64,000 nt of DNA, taken from contig VJWM01000186.1 in the NCBI GenBank assembly GCA_010909165.1, positions 186,001 through 250,000 on the forward strand, in the 5' to 3' direction. This DNA comes from Anthoceros angustus. Its lineage: Eukaryota; Plantae; Anthocerotophyta. Position numbers and translations under genes: made by a program. The notes beneath the pieces were generated by a model. It did no database searches. It was given only the letters and a program-made list of their open reading frames with translations, and was not told the origin of the DNA. This document shows, piece after piece, positions 1 to 12,296 of the stretch. Positions within the stretch are counted from its first letter, which is position 1. Every line of letters begins with the position of its first letter.

Positions 1-99
1 AGCAGTGTTCTCAAGGGTCTTCTATACATGGTCTTTTCCAAGGTCTTCTCCATGTCTTTTTCCAAGGCTCCCCAATATGATGCGGGGCCACCCAATCTG

Positions 100-3000
100 T
101 GCCTATCAAGGACACCCCCTGCCCGGTCTGCTCTTAGCTTTGCTCTGGGGTCAAGGGGGTGAAATGTCACATTGGGCACAAGCACAAGGATTTCGACAAG
201 AATACTTGGGAGGCACAAGTACGGCTTGCTTCTTCTTCCGGCGCAGCGGCTCACCCAATCCCTCTTTCGGCAGCCTCCCTTGGGCCACCGCCAGAGTCTT
301 GGAAGTGGCTTTGGAGGTAGTCCAACCACCTGCTGGCGTTATTTCACACTCGTTTCCTGAGCCCCCGTCTTTTTCGGCGGCTCCCGAGGCGTCTTCACAA
401 TGATGTTCGCCTTTCGTACCGCCTTCCATTGGATTGCCTTGCGGGGATGAGGAGGCTTGGACTCTTTTCCTTTTCCTTCCTAGGTGGTGTCTTCGGCGCT
501 CTAGGGGCGGTTCTTCGGGCCATGGGGAGGTGGCTTCCCGCCTCTGCCGCTTTCGGGCAGGGGATTGGGAGGCTCTACAGGTGGAGGATCTTTGGGCGGC
601 AAGATCTAGGTTAGGGATGGCCAAGGTTGACAAGGTTTGTCTGGACCCTGGTAAGGCGCGTCTTCGAAGGTGTCATACGTTGGGTCGGAATGGTGAGTAC
701 GCACGGGCCGCTAGGGCTCTCCGCCCGGAGCCGGTGGTGCCGGCCTCCGAGGACACCATCGCTACGCTCCGTGCCCTTCATCCAGCCCCCAGTGACAGCA
801 TTCCATAGGATACCTTCGACTTCATGCCCGAGGAGCTTTTTTGTCTAGACAGGGCGGTCTTTGGTCGGGCCCTCTCCACTGTCCCCCGGTCTGTCAAGGA
901 CAGTTTATGAACACCTTCGAGATTATTTCTCCCCAGAGGATCCATCTAGTAGTTTTTCAGAGCTTTTCATTCTGGCGGTGGTTGTGGCCAGAGGCGAGGT
1001 CCCTCACAGGATCTCCCAGGGGCTTGCAGGTTACTAGTTTTGGAGAAACTTACATCGAGGGTGCGCCCTATTGCTGTCGGAGAGGTGTTCCTGCGCCTCA
1101 TCAGCCGTAGCATTGCGATTGAACTTCGGGAGCACCTTTGCCCCCACCAATTTGGGATTGCCATTCCAGAGGGTTGTGAGTCTATGGCCTTTGGTATCCA
1201 GGTGGTCCTCGAGTCTCACCCACATTGGGTTGCTCTACAAGTAGATGTCGAGAATGCCTTCAACACTGTGTTTAGGGCCGTCATTTTCTCGGAACTCAGG
1301 GATGCAGGTGGGTACCTAGCGGGCCTCTATGGATCTCCATCCAACTACTATCAACATGGTCCAGCTACGGGAGGCGTTTCGGTTCTCCACTCGGCGACGG
1401 GCAAAAGGCAAGGGGATCCATTACGAGGTGCCCTCTTCGCCATGGCGCACTTCAGGGCGCTGTCCTCCACAACCTCTGCAGTTTGGGAGTGCCTTTTCCC
1501 ATCTGTGGTTGACGATACCCATATCCTCGAGCGAGGGGACAAGGTGAGGCCTGCCTTTGATCTCTTCTCCTTGGAGCTCTCCCGTATGGTATTGAGGGTC
1601 AAGATCGATAAGTGCAGGGTGTGGTCCCCTTTCGGTAATACACCCCCTCTTCACTATCCAGGGGGGGGATATTATTTCTCCGCAAGGGCCTTGGGTCCTC
1701 GGAGTTCCACTGGGTCCCCCTGACTTTATTCAAGGGTTTGTGGACGTGGCTCTGGAAGAAGACGTGTCTCACATTGGGGACCTTTCACAAATTGGAGACC
1801 CTCAGGTTGCGTTTGGTATTTTGTCTTCCTGCTTTGCGCGTCAACCAGGTTATCTTACCAGGACGGTTGCTCCATCCCCGGCCTTTTTATCAAGCTTGAG
1901 ACAATTTGATAGGCAGGTTATGTAGGCTCTTGGGGGCATTATAGGTCCCGGCACCTTCGAATGCGCCGATGGTGACTTGGTGCGGAAACAGGCATCATTG
2001 CCAGTGGCCTTTGGAGGCACTGGCTTGCTGGGCCATGGAGGCCTCAGCTCTGGCAGCCTTCCTTGGGAGTTGGGCCCTCTCTGCCCCAATTTTGGCCTCT
2101 CGATTCTTCTGCAGGACTCCCCGGGCCTTCCCCTTGCAGGTCTCTCTTAGGCGGCCTAGGGACTCCCTTTCCTCAGAGGCTAGGGAAGCCATGCCTCCTT
2201 TTTCCTCTTTCTCTAAGGAAGGGATGCGTGGCCTTCAAGCCTCTCCGGAGAAGCAATATTTACAGCGCAAGGGCCCTCTTTCGACTCCTCCATTCCTGGT
2301 CTTGGGCCCGCTCGTTCTGATTCGGGAAGAGGTAGGCTTCTGGCTCGGCCTTGCATTCCGGCGTTCCGAATCGCACCAGCATCCTTTTCGATCGCGATGA
2401 GGGTCCGCCTTGGTTTGGCTCATCCTCTGGCCTCTTCTCTTTCCACTGCAGTTGTGGAGCTGCCATCAACGATTCCGGATCTCATTTGGCCCGTTGTCCC
2501 ACGGGGGTGCAACGTATTGCTACGCATGACACTGTTCACGACATCATGTTTTCGATAACTATGGAGAGCGGATTTTTTCCGTATAGGGAGCGCTCATATA
2601 CATTGCGTAATGGCGTGTCACTCAGGGCGGACCTTTTTTATACTAGGGGGGAGCAAATTTAAATCGCTAATGTGGTTGTCACGGATCCCACGAGAGACTC
2701 TATATGCGAGCATGTCATCATCAAGCCCCTATGCTGGGCGGTGAAGGGATGCGCAACCAGCGAGACTCACAAGTACTCTCCTATGCAAGACGACCATGTT
2801 TTCATCCCCCTCGCCCTCGAGACTAATGGGGCTATGGGCAAGGACTTCTCTAGGTTAATTAAGGAGTGTGCAAAAGCCTATCACAGCCACAGGAATTGGA
2901 GGGGCCTCCCCCTTTCCTCTGTGGTGGCTTTCTTTCGCCGGCATCCATAGCTCTAGCGCTGGCTACATTTATAGACTGACTACATGCGCAGGACTAGCGG

Positions 3001-3150
3001 CTTCTTCGGCACCAGTGCTAGGTAGGCCCTTCATCATCCCTGATCACGATATCATTGGTGCAGTAGGTAGTTACGAAAAAGGCATTCGAGGGGACTAGAA
3101 CTTCCCCTTTTACTATTAGCCCTTCGACTTCCTCTTTTACTACTAGCCCT
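100..3150 (+). mobile_element. Decayed CRE-like (RLE-type) non-LTR retrotransposon
   Basis: Domain order fits CRE/R2-type elements. N-terminal C2H2 finger at 120-185 (CPVCS*LCSGVKGVKCHIGHKH). RT at ~1040-1700 (RPIAVGEVFLRL, HQFG, DVENAFN, QGDPL, VVDD). CCHC knuckle at ~2445-2510 (CSCGAAINDSGSHLARC), then THD, RAD..VVV and KY..FIPLALETNG of a restriction-like endonuclease (~2520-2830). Many stops and frameshifts. Two 27-bp tandem units at ~3100-3151 may lie in the 3' UTR. Ends are approximate. Confidence 0.8.
1040..1723 (+). pseudogene. Reverse transcriptase domain of the CRE-like element (frameshifted)
   Basis: ORF track 227 aa with RPIAVGE, HQFG, DVENAFN, QGDPL and a VDD catalytic motif. 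Confidence 0.85.
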
Positions 3151-3400
3151 TTTTGGGTTTGTTCCTCCTCGGACTTCAGGGTAGATGGATTCCCCATCCC
3201 GCTTATTAATAACGTCTAGTCTTGGTATACTCGGTAGACTTTCTGAACTTTCTTCTACCAAATATGTACATAAAGGCGGGACTCTCTGTATCCACAATAT
3301 GGTCTTCCACTCCAATCGCCGGAGTAGGCTTCAGACATGAGGGGGGGAGCTAGTTGCCTTCGTCCCCGCTCATCAAACCCTGCACGTGAAGGCGACCGTC

Positions 3401-6400
3401 ATGGATCAGTCTCAGCCTCATGGTAGCGTTATTTGCTGGGGAGACTATCAGTTGCTGCTGCTAGCCAGCGCCGTCAAGAGGCATGGTACTGGAAATTGGA
3501 GGACTGTCTTTGAAGAGCTCAATTCCTGCTCGCTCAAGAACGGCATCCCCCTTGCTTTATCACCTGAGGTGCAAATTTGCTGCTGTCTGCTTCCCTCGAT
3601 GTCGCCATTATGTTACTGTGCCGAAGTTGCTGCAATGTTGTCCATATCTACCGTTGGAGCCGTGCTTGTTCATTTTTTCATGTACCTTGAACTGGGGTTT
3701 TCATACAAGTCTTGACCTTGGCAGGCTTGCAAGCACAAATTCGAGGATTGGCGGGAACAACATGCCAGCAGCAGCAGCAAGAGCAGGTAGTAGGCGTTCC
3801 CTTTCTTCGATCTATGTTAATCCCCGGTCAAGTCGTGTGCCTAGCTACAAGGTAAGGTACATGCAGCTGGGCTCGCAGGATCCTGAACCACCTGCGGTGG
3901 GAACTGTGGAGCTGGATGACTTCTGTTTGCTTCACTGAACGAGCTTGGCATTGATTATCCTGTCCCAGGGATCACGAGATCTGTGAAACAGTGCTGGCAG
4001 AGCTTACGAAACAGAGGGTAACCCGCCTGAAGCGAGAACTTGAAGTCTTCGATGGGAACATCGGGTGAGCCTCTAAATCTGCGAATTGCTCTCTCAAAGA
4101 ACTAGTTTCTTAAGACGCGTGCCGCCATAGACGTTGTCGGGTCCCCTTCGATAATGGGAAATGTTGAAAGCGCACTATTAGGTTTTTAGAGCACAGAGTT
4201 TCCTCCTTGTGCAGGTCTTTGGAGAGGAAAATCAAAAGGCTCCGAGCAGAAAGGGACCAACAGCAGGGCTTAACAGCGAATGAGCTACTGGTGGAGAGTC
4301 TGGCGCCGGGACTTGACCAGAATTTGCCCCCTTTTCTTCAAGGACCTGGCACAAGGTTTATCATTGCAGACTTGGACAGCAGCCTTGAAAATCAGCTTGA
4401 GTCGAAATGCATAAGTGCTCTTCCTGACCCATCGGTGGGTCCAGAATCTTCCAGGACAGGAGATTCCAAGGTGATGTTTTCAGCATCACCTGATGTTGGC
4501 ATTGGAGAGGATCAGGGAACATTTTCAGCTGCCAAGGTAGGGCATAGAATCACCCAGGATGAGGTTGATAGGGATGATGGTAGCACAGCTGTCCGACAGA
4601 AACAAAGTGCCTGTGATAGTCAGTCTGACATTTGTCCTCGGGAGGGACCCATGCGTGTGGAGCAAGCAAGCAGCAACAGTGACTTGACAGTCGTGGATGG
4701 AGCAGTGACGGTACTCAAGTCTTCCATTCAGGGTTGTGAGGGTTCATCAACACCACGCTTGGATCCGTCAGATGGTCAGGATGTGTCCTTGATGTCCTCC
4801 CCTGACCTTGCCGATTGTAGGTCTGTACTGGATACCAATAGAAATCTCAAAGACCTGCCAGTGGGTTGCAAAGATTTGAGAATTTCACACCAGGGACATC
4901 CGGCAGGCACTTCAAGTGGTGATTCTGGTTTTGCAGTGGAGTCATCGTGGGTGGATGCACACAATTCTTGTACTGCGGAGATCCAGGAAGATGGGATAGA
5001 TGATGAAGGCAATCCGCAAGTGTTTGGTCGCGACTGTAAGCCTCAAAATGTACTCCACGGGCCACTCCTCCACAGTAATACGTTTCTGGAAGCTGGGCAA
5101 TCACGGATCTCTGTCATTACATTGGGCCCTGCTGCAGATCTCCTTGAAGGGAACTGCAAAGGAATCAATGTCTGTGTGGTGAAAGATTGCTCCCATTCTC
5201 ACTTAGAACTACATAGTAATAGCATTATTGACGATATCCAGCATTGCTCTGACGTGAAGGGGAGGGCCAAGCCTTCATCTATACCTTCGCCAAGGGCATG
5301 TTGCACGCCAAGGTCATTGCAACATGCAGGCATGTGCCCAGTCCATATTGTTTCTCAAGGGTGCGCAGAGACACTTGAGCACATCACTAAAGATCTGGCT
5401 CTCGCTGCTGTTGACAAACAGCAGGAGGGTGATGGCCATGCAAGTTATGCACATGTCAAGGTAAACGAGGAGGAGCCGAAGACTGATAGTCAATCTGGGT
5501 GGACTGGACGCAGTTCAGATCTGCGTACTGAGAATCCTTGTGAAGATTTGCAGATGCACACAACCAGTTCAGATCTTTCACATTTACCAGGGCCAGTTCC
5601 TTTATGTGGTAGTCATGAGGGCAGTGGTACTGCACACGAGCAAGATAAGGATGGTGAGGACCTCCTGGGAAGCAGGGATTCTGGTGACAGCCAGGTGGAA
5701 AAGAGTGAGGCAGGCTCTCCTCTTGATGGTATTGATGATACTTCACCTAATAGTAGGAGGAGTAAGCGCGAGCCTAGGGTTCCTGGCAAACTTATTCCTC
5801 TACTTGAGTGCCTGCGAGTGATATGCATGCACAAATTTGCACCCTTGTTTAAACAGAAACATGAAAATCAGGTACTTAGTTGGTGTTCATTTGTGCAGCA
5901 AAACTGATTCTGAGCTCAAATTGCAAGCTTGTTATAAGCTGCTGACTGTATGCCTTGGATTGACTGCAGGACAATTCTCGGTACCATTGTTTGATTAAAA
6001 GGCACATGGATCTGAGTGTAGTACGTGCACGACTTGAGGAAGGTGCCTATTCCGGCAGTCTGGAGTTTTTTAGGGACATGCTGCTTATTTTCAACAATGC
6101 TCTCGTCTACTATCAAAAAGATACTCCAGAGTACGTGGCTTCCAAGGTCCTTCGTGAGGTCACTATGCAGGAAATGCAGAAGATTTTCCAAACAGAGGCT
6201 TTAATAAAGCAAGATGGTCCTGCCACCAGAAAGCGAGAGCCCAAGAAGGGAGCTGATAATTCTAGAGCTGTGACTCCCAATACTGGCAGTGATGGACGAA
6301 GAAAGGCAAGTGTGAGGCTCTTGTCAACGGACAATCGAAGTACTGACTCTACTCTGGATTTTGAAGATGTGTCAAAAAGTGCCAGTTTGAGTGCCATGGG

Positions 6401-6896
6401 TCCTAGTAGCAGCAGTAGAGGTGATGGCCCAGGCAGTACAGAGGAAGATGATGAAGTCGTTGGGAGGTTGAAGGATGTAAGAAAGGGCTGTCAAAATGTG
6501 ACACGGGGAAAGGTGAGACAAGAAGTAGAGGTGAAGAAAGGGCAGATGAAGGCACGGCATAGAGCTTCCAAGGATGACCTATCAGTTTCTGGCAAGGTAG
6601 CACCGCTTAGAGGTAAAGGGAAGGAGTACGAAGGGACGCCTTTTGATGAAATCAGGAGGTTTCAAAGAATACCGACCAAAAGTCCGCTGAGGAAAGATAA
6701 AGAAGTAGATCATAATCCCAATTTGATAGCTGCAGGAATGATAGAAGTTAAGCCAAAGGGCCAATCAGGACGACAGCAACCCGCTTCTCCTGAAGCCAAA
6801 GGACGCCCAGGTAGGGGTTCCAAGAGGCCAGGTGCACAGCTGCCAAAGGAGAGCAAGAGAGTTTACAGCCAACCAAGGAAACGAGCCAGAAGATGA
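3401..6896 (+). CDS. Plant SANT/Myb + bromodomain chromatin protein, 5 exons: 3401-3568, 3725-3786, 3969-4064, 4215-5871, 5970-6896
   Basis: GT-AG introns with compatible phases join WGDYQLLLLASAVKRHGTGNWRTVFEEL..LSPE|ACKHKFEDW..|..LAELTKQRVTRLKRELEVFDGNIG|SLERKIKRL. This matches the plant family typified by Arabidopsis At1g61215/At2g42150. Bromodomain: KLIPLLECLRVICMHKFAPLFKQKHENQ|DNSRYHCLIKRHMDL..FFRDMLLIFNNALVYY. Stop TGA at 6894-6896. Confidence 0.88.
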
Positions 6897-7248
6897 CCAT
6901 TTGCCCACAAATCGTTAGTCAGACCTTTGAAGCGGGTGTGAATCCAAGGTATTTATTGTAGCCTTTTTGGCACCATGCTTTCTGTCACTGTAGGAGTAAC
7001 CTGTTCGTTTGTGATCTGTAAAGCATATGAGTCTTTTGTGATACGTGAAGCATTTGAATGTAATTTTATATGTTGCGACGTTTTGTTGTAGTGTTGAATG
7101 GGATATTTCCATTCGTTTTTCTCAATGTAGTCTGTTCACACCTTTGTATTGTGCCTTGATATCAAGAGAGTGGGGATCTTAATGTAAAAAACGCACGTGG
7201 GAGATCCTATCTACACGACTATAGTGAGATCTACATAGCTTGAATATA

Positions 7249-7788
7249 CAGTCCACCCCCTCAAATTGGGACTGGTTCGAAGTGCCTTTACAGGTCCCAT
7301 TAAGGGGGGTGTCCTGATTATATTTTCCCTAATTAAAAATAATAAAAATATTATAAAATTTAAAAAAAAAATAAAAAATACCCAAAAAAAAAATTTAAAT
7401 TTTGATTGATATGTTTCACTAAAAATAACTTTTACCACTTCTCTATATAGTTGTTTGAAAGCTAGCGCTCTCTCTAAGCAACATCAAAAAACCTATACCT
7501 ATCATAAAGGAAAAAGCTTAGCTTAAGAGTCTTCAAGCACACCTAAAAGTCTATTGTGCTCTGAAATAATCAATCCTTTTTTCTTTCTTTTTTTAATTTT
7601 TTTAGTAAAAAAATTAGAAATCCCATTTAGGGAGGTGAAACTAACATGAATGTACCTTTCAAAAGGTCCCAATTATCATTTAGGAAAAAGTCCCATTTAT
7701 TACATTGTAAACTAAAGGGAGTAGGATGGGAGGTCCCATTTAGAGAGGAATCCCATTTATAGAGTTCCCAATTAGGGGGGGCCGACTG
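7249..7788. mobile_element. Tc1/mariner-type MITE (540 bp)
   Basis: Imperfect TIRs CAGTCCACCCCCTCAAATTGGG / CCCAATTAGGGGGGGCCGACTG, flanked by TA on both sides. AT-rich non-coding interior with repeated TCCCATT(T/A)A subterminal motifs. Confidence 0.75.
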
Positions 7789-7815
7789 TAGTGAGATCTA
7801 CATAGCCTGAATATA

Positions 7816-8404
7816 TCATACTCCGAGGGGTGGTTCAACAGGGGTAATGCCAAAACATAAAGGTTCAACATATATATTTATATTTTTTAAATGTTCAATA
7901 TTTATAAAAAAATAATTTTATTAAATTTTAATATTTATTAGAATATATAGGTATCTATATATAACTAATAGATATGTATAAACCTCCTCTAAATAAGCAC
8001 TAATTTTCCACACAAACCCTAGTTTCCCAAACAACCTCTAGCTTTTCAAACAAGCCCTAGCTTCTAAGAAGCCCTAGCTTTTCAAACAAGCACTTTTTAA
8101 ACAAGGTCAACCAAATTTCATTGTGCCTTTCTTGTTTGGGAAAGTGGCTACTCGCAAGCACCCAAACATGGCAACAAACAAACAATCTCTGCTAACAACC
8201 ATGTTCCGTAAAATTGAAAAAGAGGAGAGGGATGCTAAAATTACACGAGATGTACACTTGCTTTCTACAAGTGTAGCTGAGACTTCAAATGAAAAAGTTT
8301 CGAAGCCGACACTGTGCAACGCAAAAGTTTGGGCCGCTGGTTCGGGATGATTTAATTTGGAACCGGTCCAAACTCTTTTGGTTGGAAATGGATTGGTGAA
8401 GACA
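7816..8404 (+). mobile_element. Possible 5' fragment of a DNA transposon, interrupted by the LTR at 8405
   Basis: AT-rich segment, short CCCTAG/CTAGCTT repeats (8016-8080) and a short basic ORF start (MATNKQSLLTTMFRKIEKEE). No catalytic domain is visible. Confidence 0.25.
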
Positions 8405-9515
8405 TGCTGAAACTTTTTCGTTCCTCTTGAAGCTGGAATTATAGGATATTGTTAGGCAAGCATAGAGGATACACAGGGGAAAAGAAACGGGCCAAAATGA
8501 CCTAGTGGTGAAGAGAGTAGGTAGCCTAAGTAGGCTGTTCCCCGACGACGGTAGGCTAGGGAGCCCAAGGGACACGGGCCTCACGGGCCAAAATGACCTA
8601 GTGGTGAAGAGAGTAGGTAGCCTAAGTAGGCTGTTCCCCGACGACGGTAGGCTAGGGAGCCCAAGGGACACGGGCAGCCTACCGCGGTAGGCTGGCAGTT
8701 CACCACCGTAGGCTGAGGACGCTTCAAATAGGAAGTAGGGACATGATATAGCTGCTATATATGCCCACCACCAGTAAATCAAATAAATAGGCTAAAATAG
8801 GGGATACTTAATTAGGAGTATATTAATTAGGGGTTCATTAATTAATGACCAAAATTGAATAGGTAAATAAGTAACCTAGGGGGAAAATAGTATTTTAGGA
8901 CAGTGAACCCAATCTAGGGTTAGGGAGCAGCCACGTGGCGCACATCTGAGAATGAAAGGTGCCGCGCTCTCTCTTTCCCGACCCCTACACCCCATTCTGG
9001 GGAGTGCTGAGGTTTTGAGCGCGAGGAGAAGGGAGGAAAAAAGAGCTGGGCGCCATCGCGAGGATTAGCTGGCAAACACCGGCCTGAAGGCAAGGAAGGC
9101 GCGCGCGCGTGAAGTGGAGGACAGGCGAGATAGGAATTTTGGAAGACGGAGTAGTGCAAAGAGAGTGGAGAAGGAGGGCGTGCAAAGGTGCTGGAAGCGG
9201 CAAGCGTAAGAGCTTCTGGGGCACGACAGTGGTGGAGGAAGTAGCGCAAGGAGGCCAGGACCGCGAGAAGGAGGAGATGCCCCACTTGCTGAGGCGCAAG
9301 GAGATTGGGGAGGCTGAGGGTTTCACAAAGTGGCTTCCTCCTTGGTGGAAAATCGGCGTGGTGGTGAAGTAAGGGAGGCAGCGGTGAAGGCCAGGATTAG
9401 CACCAGAGAAGGATGTGAGGGTTGTGAGAAGGAGGTGATTGAGGAGGAAGCGCTCCAAAATTGTGAAGGGAACTAAGAACTTGGGGAGCAATTTGCTGAC
9501 CTTCTTCCTCTAACA
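8405..9515 (-). repeat. LTR of gypsy element 1 (~1.1 kb; probably the 3' LTR)
   Basis: TG..CA ends (TGCTGAAAC..CTCTAACA). Collinear similarity to the reverse complement of 41206-42278 (e.g. GGGAAAAGAAACGGG(C/T)CAAAA(T/C)GACC, CTATATATGC). No partner LTR in the window. Confidence 0.7.
8487..8675. repeat. 96-bp tandem duplication inside the LTR
   Basis: 8487-8579 and 8583-8675 are essentially identical. Confidence 0.95.
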
Positions 9516-10589
9516 ATTTTTATGCAACCATGACTCGAGGGGCAAAGGGAAAGGGGAAGGAGGCGCCCGCTAGGGGCTCACCCTCAGGCAGCGGCGCAGA
9601 AAGAGGCAAGAGGCCGGTAGCAGGAGGATTGCCGCAAGGTGGTCACGGCCTGGAAATGCCGCAATTCATTTGCTTCACGGGGCAGCTGAACCCCAGGGAT
9701 TTGGTAGATTTCAGGCAGTGGGCGGAGGAGGATAACATTCAATTGGAATGGGTGTATGGCCGCCAATGGGCCTACACCAATTTGGAGCTAATTGAAGAAT
9801 GCTATGTCAATCTTCACCAATCGGAGGCAGCCTTGACATTGCTGGAGAGGAATGCTAGGACCGATCCCCGCTATTGGACAGTTAGGAGCATTCGCCAAGT
9901 GTATGAAAGGCCGGAGGAGGAGGGCTCCAGAATTGCTCTTCTTGAGAGGTCGAATGGGGGGAAAAGAGCCCCCACCATGGACATACCCCAGGAGGTAGAC
10001 CTTGTCGATGGGGAATGAAGGCCAAGACCAAGAATGGCTGGAAGACGCAGAACATGAAGGAGCTCAAGTAGAGGCTCTTTTCCAAAATTGTCTTGGGGTT
10101 GGTGAATTATCAGCGCACCTCTTATTTCAGCACCAATTTCTTGCAATTCTTGTGGAAGATTGTGAGAGGAGCCAAGCCGGATTAGGGAACCATCATGTAT
10201 GAGGCCTACATCCATCACAGGGAGAAGCTCCTTAAACCCAATACGGTAGGTGAGGGAAGTGCGCGGCCATGTTACTTGAGCACCTATTTGGTGCATTTGT
10301 GGGAAACGGAGGGGCTTTTGACTAGCAAGGAGCTCGAGGATTCTTGGCATCCCTTTGAGGTTATTCACCTCAAGCCAAGCTTGGAAAGGCCCTTGCCTTT
10401 CGCTTTAAGGAAGACCTTGGGAGGATAAGCATCCTCAAGCGTCACAGCACTGAAGTCGAGAATTGAAGAGGAGGTGGTAGCAGCACCTATGGGATTGCTG
10501 GAGGTGGAGGATATCCCTCAAATGAGCGTCAAGGGGGCGAGCAGGAAATGCAGGCCAATCAAGGCCAAGTGGTGGTGTATGAGAGGGAA

Positions 10590-10883
10590 TCTACCGTGGT
10601 AGGAGTGCGGCCTACCACAGTAGGAGGGACATCCCCAAGGGTGGGTGGAGTCTCCACCATTTCTTGGGTGCCTGAGGGAGAGGCACCCCGTCACCCTACC
10701 ACGGTAGGAAGGCGGTCTACGACCGTAGGCAATCAGCCTACGACCATAGGCAGTCATGACGCCTACGACCGTAGGCAGAAGCCTACCACGGTAGGCCAGC
10801 AGCCTACGGCCATAGGGAAGCAACCTACCGCGGTAGGCAAGCTACCTATGCCGGTAGGCAGGCAGGCAGGCAACGGCGGTAGG
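10590..10883. repeat. ~21-bp tandem array of palindromic CCTACnnnnGTAGG units (encodes PT(T/A)VG(R/K/Q)Q)
   Basis: About 10 units read directly, e.g. 10695-10708, 10782-10795 and 10824-10837. Confidence 0.9.
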
Positions 10884-12198
10884 AAGGGAGAAGGAAGCAC
10901 AGCGCGAGGCACTAAGAGGCGCGCCAAGGTAGCAACCACCCGCGTCTGGAAGACGGGGAGATGGAGCGTCGGTGCGGGGACCTACCCCATTGTGCGGCAG
11001 CCAGGAGGTCAGCCAACACAACGCTAAGGCTGTGGAAGCCCCCAACCAAGGCAAGAAGGCGGAGGGGTCTGGATTGGGGCCCTTAGGAGAATTGCTTGGC
11101 GTCTGTGAGGCGTTGAGCAGGGTGGATTTGAAGGAGGCCAAGGAAAATGGCAGCCTCCTTGGTGGCCTACCGAGAAGAGGCAAGGGCGAATTGCGCCCGA
11201 GAAGCAGAGGATCGACGAGCCGGGACACGATGGCAAGTGGAGGCCATGTAGGCGGAAGAGAAGGCCACCCAACTTGAGAAGGCCATCGCAACTTACCAGC
11301 AGGAGGTCTTAGACCAGAAATGAGCTGGTAAGGTCTTGGAGGGGAAGATGTCCCTCCTTGAGGAGAGAGCTGCCCGGGCTACCACTCAAAGGGATACATG
11401 GCGGCAGAAGGCGGAGGACCATTATACCCACCTAGAGCAAGAAAGGCGAGTGAAATCAGAGGCTCTGGGAAGGGAAAGGCAAGTGGCTCAACGAGTAGAG
11501 GCACAAGAGCGGATTCTGGCCACACAAGCCCTCAGAATCCGTGAATTGGAAGAGGAATTGCAGAAGACCCAGCTGAGCCTGGAGGTGAGGGGCACCGAGC
11601 TGGTCAAACAAGATCTCCGAGTGTAGAGATGGAACGCGAGAAGAATGCCTAGCAGGAGGAACGAGAAGAACTCGCGAGAAGATTCAAGGAAGGAGAGCAA
11701 GAGAAGGCTCAACAAGAGAAGCACCACCAAGCAGTGGTGCATAGGATGTTGGTGGTCAGGAAGAGAAGATTTCGGGCAGATTATGCCATTCAAGCAAAAC
11801 TGACCAACCAATTGAAGGAGGCCAGGGAAGAAAATATCGCCCTCCATGTAAGAGTGGGGGAATTGACTCTGGCAAAGGATGCCTACAATAGTAGCTGTGA
11901 AGAAGGGGCGTGGCCTCAAGACCTCGACGACCTTGAGATGAAGTACCAGAGCTTGGGAGTTTATCTCCACAATCGAATTCTCAAGGCCAACAACGAGATG
12001 CTATGCCTCACAAAAAGAAGGGCACTAGGGCCTCATGTTGATGATAGGGAGGCTCTCATGAGAGTAAGGCCGGAGGCTTCAGATTTTGATGAGGCTAGGA
12101 GTGACTTGGACTCCGAAGAGTCAGAGGAAGGAATGGAGGGGGAGGATTCCACAGCGTCACGAGAAGGTGAGGGCGCAGGAGTCAAGTTAGGGAGTCAA

Positions 12199-12296
12199 CC
12201 TACGCTTGCAGGGGATCAGCCTACCATGGTAGGTAATCACCCTACCGCAGTAGGTAGGCAGCCTACCATGGTAGAACAAGGACCTACGGGTGTAGG
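12199..12296. repeat. Second array (5 units) of the same 21-bp palindromic motif
   Basis: Units start at 12199, 12220, 12241, 12262 and 12283. Confidence 0.9.

Noticed and set aside
8450-8456. TGTTAGG as the LTR start (perfect inverse of CTAACA at 9515)
   Set aside because: Similarity to the second element's LTR extends ~45 bp further left, to 8405.
10590-10883. Palindromic repeat array as a CRISPR array
   Set aside because: Spacers are only ~7 bp, repeats are degenerate and in a coding frame, the context is eukaryotic, and no cas genes are present.
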